64,000 nucleotides of DNA, taken from positions 3,968,001-4,032,000 of the forward strand of contig CM120647.1 of assembly GCA_051362555.1 (NCBI GenBank). The letters run 5' to 3'. Below the pieces are notes generated by a model. The model worked only from the letters and a program-made list of their open reading frames with translations. It was not told the origin of the DNA and ran no database searches. Positions 1 through 11,794 of the stretch are shown here, in pieces (the first letter of the stretch is position 1; every line of letters starts with the position of its first letter). This stretch comes from Lingula anatina (lineage: Eukaryota; Animalia; Brachiopoda). A program made the position numbers and the translations under genes.

Positions 1-1791
1 CTCTTTCTTTCTTGAAAGCGAGGCAATGGAACCAAACACTACGATGCAGTTTGTAATCTCGTCAAACTTGATATTTTTTAAATACAGATCATAGCACGAC
101 ATACATGGATAGGCGATTCGCTAATTAATGTGGTATTCAATAATAATAATAATAATAAGTATAAAAAGCACGATATAAAATGCACAATATAATATAATAA
201 TATGCCTAGCCAATTTATTAGCCTAATTGACATTTCTTTTAGAATTTAGAGTCTCGGCTGAGTATTTTGATACATAAGATAATTACACTAGTTTTAAAAT
301 TCTCATGAGAATCAATTAAGCCAGCGGGATTGAACTAATGGCCCACAGGGCGGATAGAGAAATTCGATAACAAAGCCTTTGCAATAGTGCGATTTACTTA
401 CATAAATAGGTTGGATGGTAATACAGATTACCGCCAAAATCTAAAAATGTGTTCCTTGACCCATTATCGAGATATACAGTTTCTTTAGTAGTTAAATGTA
501 CTTAAATTGATTTATTTTCGTGACAATGCCGAATGTATACAAATATAATATATAATACAATAATGTGAATATATATGTAACGGCCCAGCCCTATGGGCTT
601 ACAACGTCACCGGTTTTTAAACATTAATTATATAGCAACTTCTTTCTGACCTGGAAGCAGTTAAAGAGAAACCTCGCCGTGCTTGTATGAAAGTCTGTAA
701 AAAGCACCAGAGGTCTCTCTTTAACCTCCTCCAGGTCATGAAAGATAAGATCGCCCATTTTTACTTTTCACACCATTTTTTCCTGAAAATTTTTAAAAAT
801 TGGACAATCGAATAAAAAAAAAATGATACTCATCTTCTACTTTTTTATCGTTCTAATTTTTTGTTAACAAAGCGGCCTGTTTCTACATAATGGAAGATCT
901 CCTGATCTGAACTGAGCCATGATCGATCTTTTTCAAATAGCATCCAAATCTATCCATAAGTTAGTGTAAACTGTTTCTAACAGATAGACTTACAAACTAA
1001 AAACAAACTTCTTCGGCAACCACTTACAAGACCATTGCAATATAAAATTGTCAAAAACTATTCTTTATTACCTTTTTTAAATGGATTGCTGAAGAAAATA
1101 TATGACTTTCTATTCCTTTTGAAACCCGGATACACTTTACATCTCTCTCTCTCCAGTGCTATAAATGAAATAGGAAATAAATGAAAATGAAATAAATAAA
1201 ATAAGAAATAAATGAAATAAGAACCTGCTAATACGACGAATTATTATTTTTTCTCAATGATAAAGATGCCAGTAAAAAGTCTATTACTTCGCCGTCGCCG
1301 CCAGAGGAGACGACACAGTTCGCTGGAAAAGGCTTTGCTCTTGCACTGTTTCCAGATACTGTTGACGAACGCTTCAAGTGTAAAACCTGCAAGTTGGTGC
1401 TGCGAGATGCGATGCAAGCTCCATGTGGACATAGACACTGTAAGACGTGTCTAGATGACTTCATTAGGTAACAAGAAGTATTTTTATGCCTTTCTGTCTG
1501 CCATATGGCCTATGTTTGTGTATCCGTACGAGTTTCCATTTATGCATATCAACTTTTCTGTCTCTAAGTCTATCTGCCTGTGTCACTGTGTTAGTCAGTT
1601 AGTGTGTCTGTCGTGTGTATAGGGGGTCTTTGTGAGTAAGCATACCCCCCTCAATCCGACAGTCATTCTGCCCCTATGTCAGGTAATCTGTTCATTGTTT
1701 CAGATCTACCGATAGTCGGCGCTGTTCGGCCTGTCCAGAAGGCGCAGAAGGCGGTGAAATTCAGGTACAGTACAGTTCCGCTTTTACTGAA

Positions 1792-2289
1792 CACTGAGAA
1801 TAAAATCGGAGTCCAAGTGACTCCAAACTTGGATTCCAGCAGTGGTGCCTAAAATAACTCCCAGTTTGGTGGTGATCCGGATCAATAATCAATAAATAAT
1901 CAATAATAAAAAATCTATCATCAACACAACTCAAAAAGTTATGGACCGATTTTGAAGAAAATTTCAGGGTAGGTCAGAAATGGGTTATCTTAGAAGTGAT
2001 ACGATTTTGGTTGCTGAATCAATAATCAATCAATAATCAATAATAATAAAATATTGCTGCCTTGGCGGAGGTCTGCGCTCTCGGAGTGCTTTTCTAGTTT
2101 GACTCTGATTTTAGAGTCAGATTGACTCCATCATGTTGAGCCAGGGGTGATTGACTCTGATAAGAGAGTCTAAAGACTCTGGCATTGGGGTAATTTGACC
2201 CTTATGTAGGAGTCAAATTAACTCCATGAGGGTCAAGGGGTGCTGGACTCTGACTAGAGAGTTAAATGACTCCAATTTTATTATCAGTG
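1792..2289. mobile_element. Non-autonomous CACTG-terminal (CACTA/EnSpm-like) MITE in an intron of TRAF A
   Basis: TIRs cactga(g/t)aataaaat(c/t)ggagtc at both ends, 2-bp AA flanks, many internal gagtc/gactc motifs. A second repeat fragment ending ccttggcggaggtctgcgctctcggagtgcttttctagt is nested at about 1870-2098. Confidence 0.7.
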
Positions 2290-2499
2290 AACGCTTTGGT
2301 TATTGCAACCATGAACGTTTGTGTCTAGTAGTGGGCGGTAATCAATCAGATTTTTTTTTTGTTTTTTGTTATAGAATCATTAAAAGAGCCCAAATAAATA
2401 CTTGCATTCTGTAATTGGAACCAGCACGTATTAACCGCCGGTGACCTTTTTTCCAAAATCGCCGCTGAAAGACCAGTACAATTATTAGGGTAACTTAAA

Positions 2500-2990
2500 G
2501 GGGCATGCAAACCAAGGGATTGTGCTATCATGGTTGTTGACATGATATAAGAATGTTGTCTTAAATTATTTATCTTGAATAATCATCACCAGTTGATGTG
2601 TATATTTTTCGTCAAAACTCAATTTCAACTTCTTTTTTGCCCGTTCTTGGCGGTCAGTTTTACGCTCTGCTGCTTTCGTAAACGGTCACATGGTACGCCT
2701 GCTCACTCGGCCCTCACCGATTAAAAGTAGGTTGAGCACTTTTCCCACATCTCTTCCCGACCTTTCATTCATCTAGTATCTGAGTCACGTGACACTCAAT
2801 GCATGTTACAATTGCTGGATGAAAATGCAATTTTTAGTTCTTTATTTCTACGTACTGGGCGCGTGTTAGACATTACATTTGAAATAGATATTGTTAATTT
2901 GGATATTTGATGCTGTGGTAGTGAATAAATTTTTTTGCGAATAATTTCCAACTAAAACCAATTTGTACGCCCGTTTAAGTGTGTTCATTT
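2500..2990 (+). repeat. Dispersed repeat, with a second diverged copy at about 6615-7420 in the same orientation
   Basis: Shared blocks gtgctatcatggtt, cactcggcc(c/t)tcaccgat..aaagtaggttga, ctgggcgc(g/a)tgttagac, ttgta(c/t)gcccgtttaag. Confidence 0.75.
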
Positions 2991-5900
2991 ATGTAATAAC
3001 AGCGTGAAACAAAGTTTGATTACAGAAAATGTGCATCAGGCGTGTCTTGATGTAAGAGAAGGGTGAAGAATACCATAATGCGATGATACAAAATTGGATA
3101 AAGTTTAGTTTGCTGCTTGCACATTACTAGGATAAAACAGTTTAATATGATGTTTTTCGGCGCAGAATTAAAGTTCATTAGGTCATGGTTGCTTTTGCAA
3201 TATGGATTCATCTCAACCTTTAGCGAAATGTGTATCACATATAAGCAAACGTGGGGTAACTTCTATACAGAAGCGTATCTATATCCGTCTCTAATTTTCA
3301 CTTCAACGATCACATAATTTGTCACATAATTGACTTGTGAGTCAGGTTTTTCTTTTGCTTTTTGTGACTTTAAAGTCCTTTTAGTTAATTTTCAGTTGTT
3401 ATATTTCAGATATTTCCGGACAATACTATGAGAGGAGAAGTACATTCACTGAAGATAATTTGTGATCAAGATGGCTGTAAATGGGAGGGATGCTTGGGTG
3501 ACTACCAGAAGGTTGGTGTCCTTTTATTATCTAAGGATTTCGTACCGAAAATCACCTAAAACCTCATGATTCCAATTTGCCGCGCTCACCGCGATCTGTT
3601 AGCACTCTGCTCATGTTTTTTTTTTTTTTTTTTTGGGGGGGGGGGGGTTGCCATTCGCCTTGTTCTAACTATTTTCAGTAGTCTACTTCTCATGGTCTGA
3701 AGAAAATTTTAAGTTAATTTTCAGCCTTTAACTTTTTGCAACTATGGATTTGGCAGATTTTGCCTGTTTTCTTCTGGAAGTACACACGTAGCAAAACACG
3801 GTTAGTTTTAGCATTAGTTGAGCGGGATCGGCCCATAGATTCACCAGGATTGACAGTAAAAACAACGCTTCTCCAACAAATTATGTCAATATTCTGTTTA
3901 TTCTTTTTATTTATTTTACTGCAGATTCATGAAAAGTCATGTCGTTCAGGACAATTCACCTTCCCCGATGCTGAGTCCCGAGCGTGGTCGGACAGAGGCG
4001 CAGAGAGGAGTGAACAAACAATTTCCCAAGAAGATGTTTCGAGACAGCCGGATGTAGAGGAGCAAGTGCATGTACCTGAAAGTTTTGACCAAGAAGAGGA
4101 AAAGCTAATCACAACATTTCAGCGAATGAAAATCTCAACTTTGGAAGGACTTGACAGCTAGAGCGGTGCTTCAAATTGGAAGATCACAGACTTTTTTCGC
4201 AAACGTCAGGATTTCCTTAGCGGTCGTCTCACTAGTCTTGACTCGCCCCCGTTCTATACCAGTCCCCGCGGCTACAAAATGTGCTGTCGTATTTTCCTGG
4301 ATGGTTCCGAAACTGGAAAGGGAACTCATGTTAGCATTTATTTCGTACTAATGCCCGGCCAGTTTGATGATCACCTCCGCTGGCCATTCGGTCAAAGCAT
4401 GTCCATTTCGTTAGTTGACCAGAAGGACACAGATCCGGCAGATATCACTAACAAGTTCATACCCGACCCATCAATTTCCACGCGGCCAATGTCAGACATG
4501 CAAGTCGTTGCAGGAGATCCAAAATTCGTGTCACTCCGCGAGTTATATGGCCACACAAAAACTACCTACGTCAAGGATGACGTGATGGTTATACGGGCAA
4601 CTGTAGATTGCAGCTCCCTATAGGTTAAAGCTGATCTCATGGTAACTGCCCTACATTTTGTTCACATCAGTTTTAGACATTCCTATGAGACATTCCTATA
4701 TGAAATAATCTGTTATGGCCGAATACTTAAGCTTTAACTTAACCCTTATTGTATCACCCAAAGTCTTGGAAAAGGAAAAGGAGTGTACATTTTCAGCGTA
4801 GCTGTAGTGTAGTGTACATTTACAGTGTAGCTGCTCTCCGCAGGTACCCCTTTCTGAATTGCCAAATCTACGGAAGACAGGATTAATTATGCAAGTTTTG
4901 AGCTTACATACTGTATATACTACAGTGTAGTATTAGGCCCAGCTCTGATATAAAAAAGATGAAACCATAGTCGGGTCCTTAAAGAAGACTTCATTGGACA
5001 TATCTGAATACTAAACGGAAACATTACAGGTTAACGGTATGCATTAGAGGTGCCCGGATTGCATGGCTTCGCTGGGCCGATGTTGAGCTATGGGAGATTC
5101 TGCTATGAAGTTAAAGAGGGGACCATTGGTATGATTTTTTCAGAAATCGAAAGACGGGCCCCAACCCCCTAAATGCCACCCCCCTAAATCACCCCTCTGC
5201 ATACTGTAACGGTCTGTGTATCAAAATTTGTAAAACAATACTTCCATGTTATTTTTAAAGTTGTATACAAATAATGAATTGTTTTGCCCTTACTGTTATG
5301 TGTACATTCTTTACTTTGCTGGAATGCAATTCGGGGATAATAGCATATTTTATGTATAACTGTACATATGTAAAAAAACTTATCAAAATCTGTATAGAGA
5401 TATTTACTAGATTTGTAATGCCTAATTAGTTTATAATTTTTTTTAATTAACCAAGGAATTGTTTTGCCTTCACTTTGATGTCAATTTTTTTTTTTTGAGC
5501 TCGCATGTCATTCAGGGGTAATGACAGTTTTTATGGATAGTTGTACATTGTAATTTGCTTTGAATTACTTAACCTGTTATTGTAACTAACTTACTTTTGA
5601 TAAGAAAAAGATTGCATTTACATATCAATAAAAGTCGATATACAGCATATGTTCGTGTAATTTTTTCTATACTTATTGGTATCACAAAGAGTACTAGTAG
5701 CGATACAGCATGCAAAAGCGAGTAATAAAAAAGGAATTTTATGTAGTTGACGTTGGACATAGCAGGAATAAAAAAGTCAAAGGACAATAGCAATTCGTTT
5801 TCCTGTTCCCAGTACCTACCGACATGCCCCCGTCTTAGGCCTGTTAATTTAATCAAAATTACTGTACAGACCATGAAATTTTACAGGTCATTCAACTGTT

Positions 5901-6797
5901 AAAAAGTATGTCTGATTTAATAAATATTAGGTTATGATTAGGACCTATAATAATCCCTTGTTAGGAAAAGATTATTGTGAAATTTCTAGGCCTAATTCAA
6001 CTGACATTATGACGTTTATAAAACTTCTTGATGGGGGGCGCTTAGTGAAGCCTACAGCACAATGTTAACAAAATGCCCCTAAAACTTGTTTCTTTTTGAA
6101 TTATGGCATTACCTTAAAAATAAATAAGCTAAACCCTAAAAAATAATTATTTGGTTGTCTGGGCTTTTCGATGCACACTAACATGGGTCAAATCTGGGAA
6201 TAAGTTAGCCCAGCACCATGGGCACATTTGGGACGAAGAAAGCCAAGAAATGCCGTATGGTGCACGACGAGAGCTAAAGCGGTTCACACTTTGGCGGTTT
6301 TAATGTTGAGTAATTTTTCCATTTCTAATGTCCACTGTGGAATTGCCCCAGGCACTGTAAGGCCATATAAATAGCCTTTTAAAGAAGCAAGGCCAGAGAG
6401 GTAGAGTGTATTTAAAAAAATAACAAAGGCAAGAAACCAATATCATAAAAAACAATAACAAAGGCAAGAAACCAATATCATAAAAAACACGCCAGTGCAA
6501 AGCAACGAATTAGAAACCTATAATTATTAACCTTCGTATTAAATGAAGTTTATACAAATGCCATAATATCATTTATATTACGCTTACAGTTCGCAATAAT
6601 CGTTTCTTTTAAAGCGGCATAAAAACCGAGAGAGGGTGCTATCATGGTTATTGAGATGACATTGGCGTCTAAAATTATTTTAAATAATCAGCACCATTTT
6701 ATGCGTATATTATTCCTCAAAACGTGCTTTCAACTTCGTTTTTTGTCCGTTCTTCCTTGGACATAATAAGTCCAAGAAGTTCTTCTCGTTCAGTTTT

Positions 6798-7411
6798 ACT
6801 GCTAAAAATCTGATTCTGATTTGATAAATATTAGTTTTAGTGCCAGGATCCAGTGAAAACGGTTCGCGCAATTCATTCACTGCGCGCACACCTTTACTAC
6901 AAATACTATCAGGGCTTCCTATAACCAGTGTGGCGCCTTGTCTCAGTGGAAGGTCCCGTGTCGTTCTTCCTTCTTCTATTTGTCCCTCTTATGCGTTAAA
7001 AAGTTTTTTCTTCGCATCTTCCGCTGCATTGACTTGTTTAATTGGGGCACGTGGTATGCCTGTCCACTCGGCCTTCACCGATGGAAAGTAGGTTGAACAG
7101 TTTTCCCACACTTTTTCCCGCCCGTTCACTCACATGCTAGTATCTGAATCACGTGGCACGCAGGATGTGAATGCGATTTTTTTAGTTCTTTATTTGAATT
7201 TTCTGCGTCTGGGCGCATGTTAGACGTTAAATTTGAATTAGATTGTTTATTTGGAGTGTTTGATGCTGTGAAAGTGCTGTTCTTGCGCATAATTTCCGTT
7301 TAAAACACAAGTACTTTGTATGCCCGTTTAAGAAAAATGTACATGTATTTGATCACTGGATCCTGGCACTAAAACTAATATTTATCAAATCAGAATGAGA
7401 TTTTTACCAGT
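6798..7411. repeat. Pair of about 59-bp inverted repeats (6798-6856 and 7353-7411)
   Basis: actg(c/g)taaaaatct(g/c)attctgatttgataaatattagttttagtgccaggatccagtga is present in inverted orientation with 2 mismatches. Confidence 0.8.
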
Positions 7412-9155
7412 GCTCATTCTCAATATGTTGGTGCATTTCATTTTTTTTATTTCATTTAAAAGAAACGAGCGTAAGAATTTTTGTCCAAGTGGAACTAAAC
7501 GACCATCATTCTAGTAATTCAAAAAAAAAAAAAAAAAAAAAATAGAATTAATAATTATTAAATTTATCTGTCCTTACACAATAAAACATCAATTTTAAAA
7601 ATGTATTACTGTCGCTCGCAGCTCTATCTCACATTCTCCAATCGATCTAGTTCATTTTTATTAAAGTAGAAGATCTGCAGCTTGTCAGGAACCGGGTATG
7701 ATGTTTTCAGTCTCAGAAAATATGTTAAATGTTTACCTCAAATAACTTAATAAATAGCTTGTGCCTACTTTCATATAAGAGTGTCGCCTGATTTTTCATA
7801 TTATTTAAAGTTTCTGCATTTGATATTTTTTTGTAATATTTTAATCATTGATAAAATCTTCAATTAAATTTAATCCATTATTAGCATGAAAATATGGTGA
7901 TAGGACACAGTCAAATGTTCTAAACGAAGCGCGGCAAAACTTGATATTCATAGCGAGTAATTTGCAAATCCTTCGTTACCAGGCATTGTGAAAAATACGC
8001 TCGAGGTTGAGGAAAATTGTGTCAGTAAAATAAACATACATCCAGTAATATCCCTTTAGTGCAGTCTAATTATTTGTTAGTTTGAATAAAGTACGAATAG
8101 TATCCAAAAGGGTAAATTTTAATCTTTCGTTACCAATTAAAAATAATCTTAACCTTCATTACTTTGCCCCGCACTAGTAACGCATACATTTTGACATTTT
8201 CAATTAAAAAAGACAGATTTATCGCTTTCTGTCATCAGAAATTTGGATAAAGTAGCAACAGCTGAGGTTAACATCTCGTATTTTCTTCCGGGTTGGATAT
8301 TGAAAAGTAAAATGGGACCGTCGCCAAATCCAAGGGTCTAAAATCACTTGTGCGGCAAATACCTTGTAAATTAAGCTTAAAGTGGATAAATGGAATGACA
8401 CACATCGACTCAAGTTCCAAATAACGCTTTTTTTCTCCAAACGAAAACATATTTTAATAAGTTAAAACAAGTCTAAAAAAATGATCGTTTCAAACATTTC
8501 TTTTGTTCACACCCAATGGATTATATGAACATAGTGACAATTATTTATCTCATGTCATTGAGCACGGCAAAATAGATTCCATGTTGAAGAAATTCACCAA
8601 ACATTCTCAAACTAAACATCACGGAAACAACCTACTCCCTGACACCAGGGCCCCACTAAAATACTATACAAAATCACAGTTTCGACATTTATGTACCGGG
8701 CTACAAGTGAAAGAAAAAACATACAAATAAACAGAAAAAAAAGGCGAGATCAGGAGTGTCGATGTTTCCCTTTTTTCACCTGGAGTTAACCCAGTTTTAA
8801 CCCGGGGTGAGAGATATCAAATGAACATTGATTAAGGTGTTTACAGCAGTATATGCGTCATGATGTGAACAGAAAGTGGTTTTTTTCTCTCCGTTTGGTG
8901 TGTGTGTGTGTGGGGGGGGGGGGGGGGCAATTCCTTGTTAACAAGTCGTTTGGAAGTCGTTGCTGAAGAGCAACATCGGCCCAGAGAATCCTTGCTATCT
9001 GGGAAGTTATAAAATTTAGTCTGTGATTTTGCCGTCAAGTATCCAGACATGTCGGAAGTAGTCTGTATATTAGACCTGACGATGAATCGTTCCATCCTTG
9101 CTGCGCCTCTGTCCGACCACGCTCTGGTCTTGGCATCAGGAATGGCGGATTGTCT

Positions 9156-10901
9156 TTAAGGACATGACCTCTCATGATTCTGAAAAATAATAAACAGTAA
9201 ATACATGTACAATCGACAGAGATTTTTAGAGAAGAGTTGTTCGTGTTATAGCCAATCTTGGTGAATCAACGGGTTGATCACGGCGAACGTGTGCTATAAC
9301 GGAACGTATTTTGCTTAACATATCCAGAGGAGAACTGGCCAAATCCGCTATATACATAGTTACAAAACTATAAACCCGATAGTTAATTTGAAAGTCTCTC
9401 CACTTGCTTGCGACGTAGACTGTTGAAAATGATTAGAGCAAGACGAATAAAGAATCCACGACCGAGGCAAAGTGGATAACAGATCACAAAGAACGCTACA
9501 AATGGAACAGGTTTTTATATTATTTATTTATTTATTTATTTATGTATTTTTTGAGTGGGGTTGAAAAGTTTAAAAGCACAGTGTAGTAGGCCTTTACAAT
9601 ACGTTAAAATAAAAAATACTTATATAATAAGAGGACACCAACCTTTTGGTAGTTACGCAAGTACCCCGTCCATACACAGCCACCTTGGTCACAAACTACC
9701 CTCAATGTATAAATTTCATATCTCACTCCATCATCCGGAAATATCTGAAACAGTTATTATTTTTTTTAAAAAGAAATGCGATGCATACACACTGCACCAG
9801 GATTTCAATGCCGTGAATGCACACTACTTAAAGTTGCCTCACGTTTGCATTTCCGTAATACGGGTGTGACTCGGTAAATGCCGCAATAAATTCTATTACA
9901 TAAGCAAACATAATACTTTTTATATTCAGTGATTCAAAACGTCTTATCCGAGTGGTTTCGTCTTGTGCAGGCATCAAACTAAAACTTTTAAAATCTTTAT
10001 TTTGAGTTGTTTTATTGTCGCATCTGTGATGGACATTTTTCATTTCATGCTTTCATAAAGAAAACTTCAGTAACCACATTAATTGGGCAACTGTGCATTT
10101 GTGGGTCATTTTGGGAAATAAGTCACCTATGGTCAAAGCATGCATATTGAAATAATTTTTTGACCATTTTATGTGGCAAGTTATGCTTTCAGCGGCCGAC
10201 TTGAAAAAAAAAAAAAAAAAAAAAAAACGTCACCGGTGGTCACCACGAGCTCTTTCCAATTAAAAATGCTAGTAATTACGTGTGCAATTTCCATGCTTCT
10301 ATTACAAAAATACAATAACGATTATCACCCGCTCCTGGGCACAAAATGTATATTTGCAATAAAAGAAGCGTTCAATACCTGAATTTCACCGCCTTCTGCG
10401 CCTTCTGGACAGGCCGAACAGCGCCGACCATCGCTGGATCTGAAACAGTTAATGGACAAATTACCAGGCAGAGGGGCAGACAGTAGGAGTGAGGAGGATG
10501 TTTGATAAACTTACTCTCAAAGACCACCTATACACACGACAGACAGGTAAACTGACTGAAACAGTGTAACAAAGACCGATAGACAGGCGCAGTGACAAAA
10601 AGGTCGACATGCATAAATGCAAAGACTAATATGAATAAATAAACATAAGCCAAGTACTTGTATGCAGACACAGTGACTGACAGACAGACAGGCATATAAA
10701 TGCTTCCTGTTACCTGATGAAGTCATCTAGACACGTCTTACAGTGTCTGTGTCCACATGGAGCTTGCACCGCATCTCGCATCACCAATTTGCAGGTTTCA
10801 CACTTGAAACGTTCGTCGATAGTATCTGGAAACAGTGCAAGCGCAAAGCCTCTTTCCGTGGGCTGTGGCGTCTCCTCGATCGATAGCGGCACAGCTATAT
10901 A
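9156..10901 (-). pseudogene. TRAF: TRAF-family gene B (inverted paralog of gene A); RING + zinc finger, then TAA at 9158-9156; no MATH domain found
   Basis: Minus-strand exons 10901-10714 (CETCKLVMRDAVQAPCGHRHCKTC), 10439-10379, 9744-9643 (IFPDDGVRYEIYTLRVVCDQGGCVWTGYLRNYQK) and from 9179 (NHERSCP*). The 61-nt and 102-nt exons match gene A in size and phase. Homology continues past the stop (PDAKTRAWSDRGA vs PDAESRAWSDRGA). Confidence 0.85.
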
Positions 10902-11153
10902 CTGTAAAATAAAATATAATAATAAACGCTGAATTATAAGGTAAAAGGGTAATTGATACATCGGAGGTTTTATTTTATTTACGTCGATAAGCCTTTCTAC
11001 TTACACTAATTTACTGCATATATAATAGAGAGAGAGATGGGAATTAAATGTTCCCAGTATGCCAGGAATGATAGTCCATGATTATAATTAGTGCAGGTCA
11101 GGGTCAGTATATACGCGTAGAAGTATTGGGGTTAGTATATGGGATGAATGTCT

Positions 11154-11430
11154 TGTAAGGTTCGATTTTAGGTTCACAGATCGAGAAGAAGTGAGCAACA
11201 AGAGTCGTGGATTTCCAAACAGCTTTATTCCCACTGCCTAAGTCCTCCTCTCTACCCACTACCTGTTCTATTTATATCTACCTTAATGTCTAATTTAAAT
11301 ATGACCTTATAATAAGTCTTTCTAGTCTAGGCGCGGGCGCCGCGACATCCTAGGGGCGTGGCACATGCTAAGGGGCGCCGCGACATCCTAGGGGCATGGG
11401 ACATGCCAAGGGGCGCCCTGCCCGTCTGGT
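11154..11430 (-). mobile_element. Probable partial solo LTR of an LTR retrotransposon
   Basis: On the minus strand: GC-rich repeats of about 38 bp (11335-11420), TATAAATA (11276-11269), AATAAA (11229-11224) and the terminus ...gaaccttaCA at 11154. No 5' TG end or TSD is visible. Confidence 0.5.
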
Positions 11431-11757
11431 CCCCCAGAGCCTACAAACAAGATGACAATACGTCTCTTTTCACGGTGTACTTTAATGAATGAGGTGACTT
11501 GACCAAGAAGCTCGTTTTTATTGTACACCATTACTACATAGCCAATGTTTCCACTGCACTGAAAAGCCCCGGGATACAACTAACGACAATTTCGGATTTC
11601 GCTCTGCCTTATTTCCAGGTCATATCCGTCGAGTGGTGCTGCCAGGAAAAGAAATGCGTCCTGTTCAGCTTCTTCAAAACCAAATTGCATGTACTCCCGC
11701 ATGGCACCTGCAGAGGATTGTTCTGTAAATGGCGTTGCACTGCATAGTTCTGCCATC
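11431..11757 (-). pseudogene. Truncated, nonsense-mutated paralog of the caspase-fold gene at 26724-27350
   Basis: MAELCSATPFTEQSSAGAMREY...RNCR*LYPGAFQCSGNIG...RRIVILFVGSG aligns with ORF 26691..27350. GAG>TAG at 11582-11580. Homology stops abruptly at about 11431. Confidence 0.85.
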
Positions 11758-11794
11758 TTGACTCCAAATTTCTTTAATATGACGCCTTCTCTTA

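Larger units (their letters stand above)
1266..4623 (+). pseudogene. TRAF: TRAF-family gene A (RING - TRAF zinc finger - MATH) with an in-frame TAG at 4159-4161 just before the MATH domain; first coding exon not identified
   Basis: Phase-consistent GT-AG exons: 1266-1467 (RING: CKTCKLVLRDAMQAPCGHRHCKTC), 1704-1764 (CSAC), 3410-3511 (IFPDN...CDQDGCKWEG), 3925-4623 (HEKSC, then DS*SGASNWKITDF...SPPFYTSPRGYKMC...GTHVSIYFVLMPGQFDDHLRWPF...YVKDDVMVIRATVD = TRAF-type MATH). ORFs 3736..4161 and 4279..4623 are in the same frame. Confidence 0.88.

Noticed and set aside
1228-1464. ORFs 1228..1464 (-), 1244..1438 (-), 1257..1454 (+) and 10717..10932 (+)
   Set aside because: Shadow frames of the TRAF RING exons. 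The real frame of gene A is not in the ORF track because the exon lacks its own start.
8841-9095. 84-aa minus-strand ORF as a separate gene or a MATH remnant
   Set aside because: It is the post-stop continuation of the last TRAF B exon, runs into poly-C/CA repeats and shows no MATH motifs.
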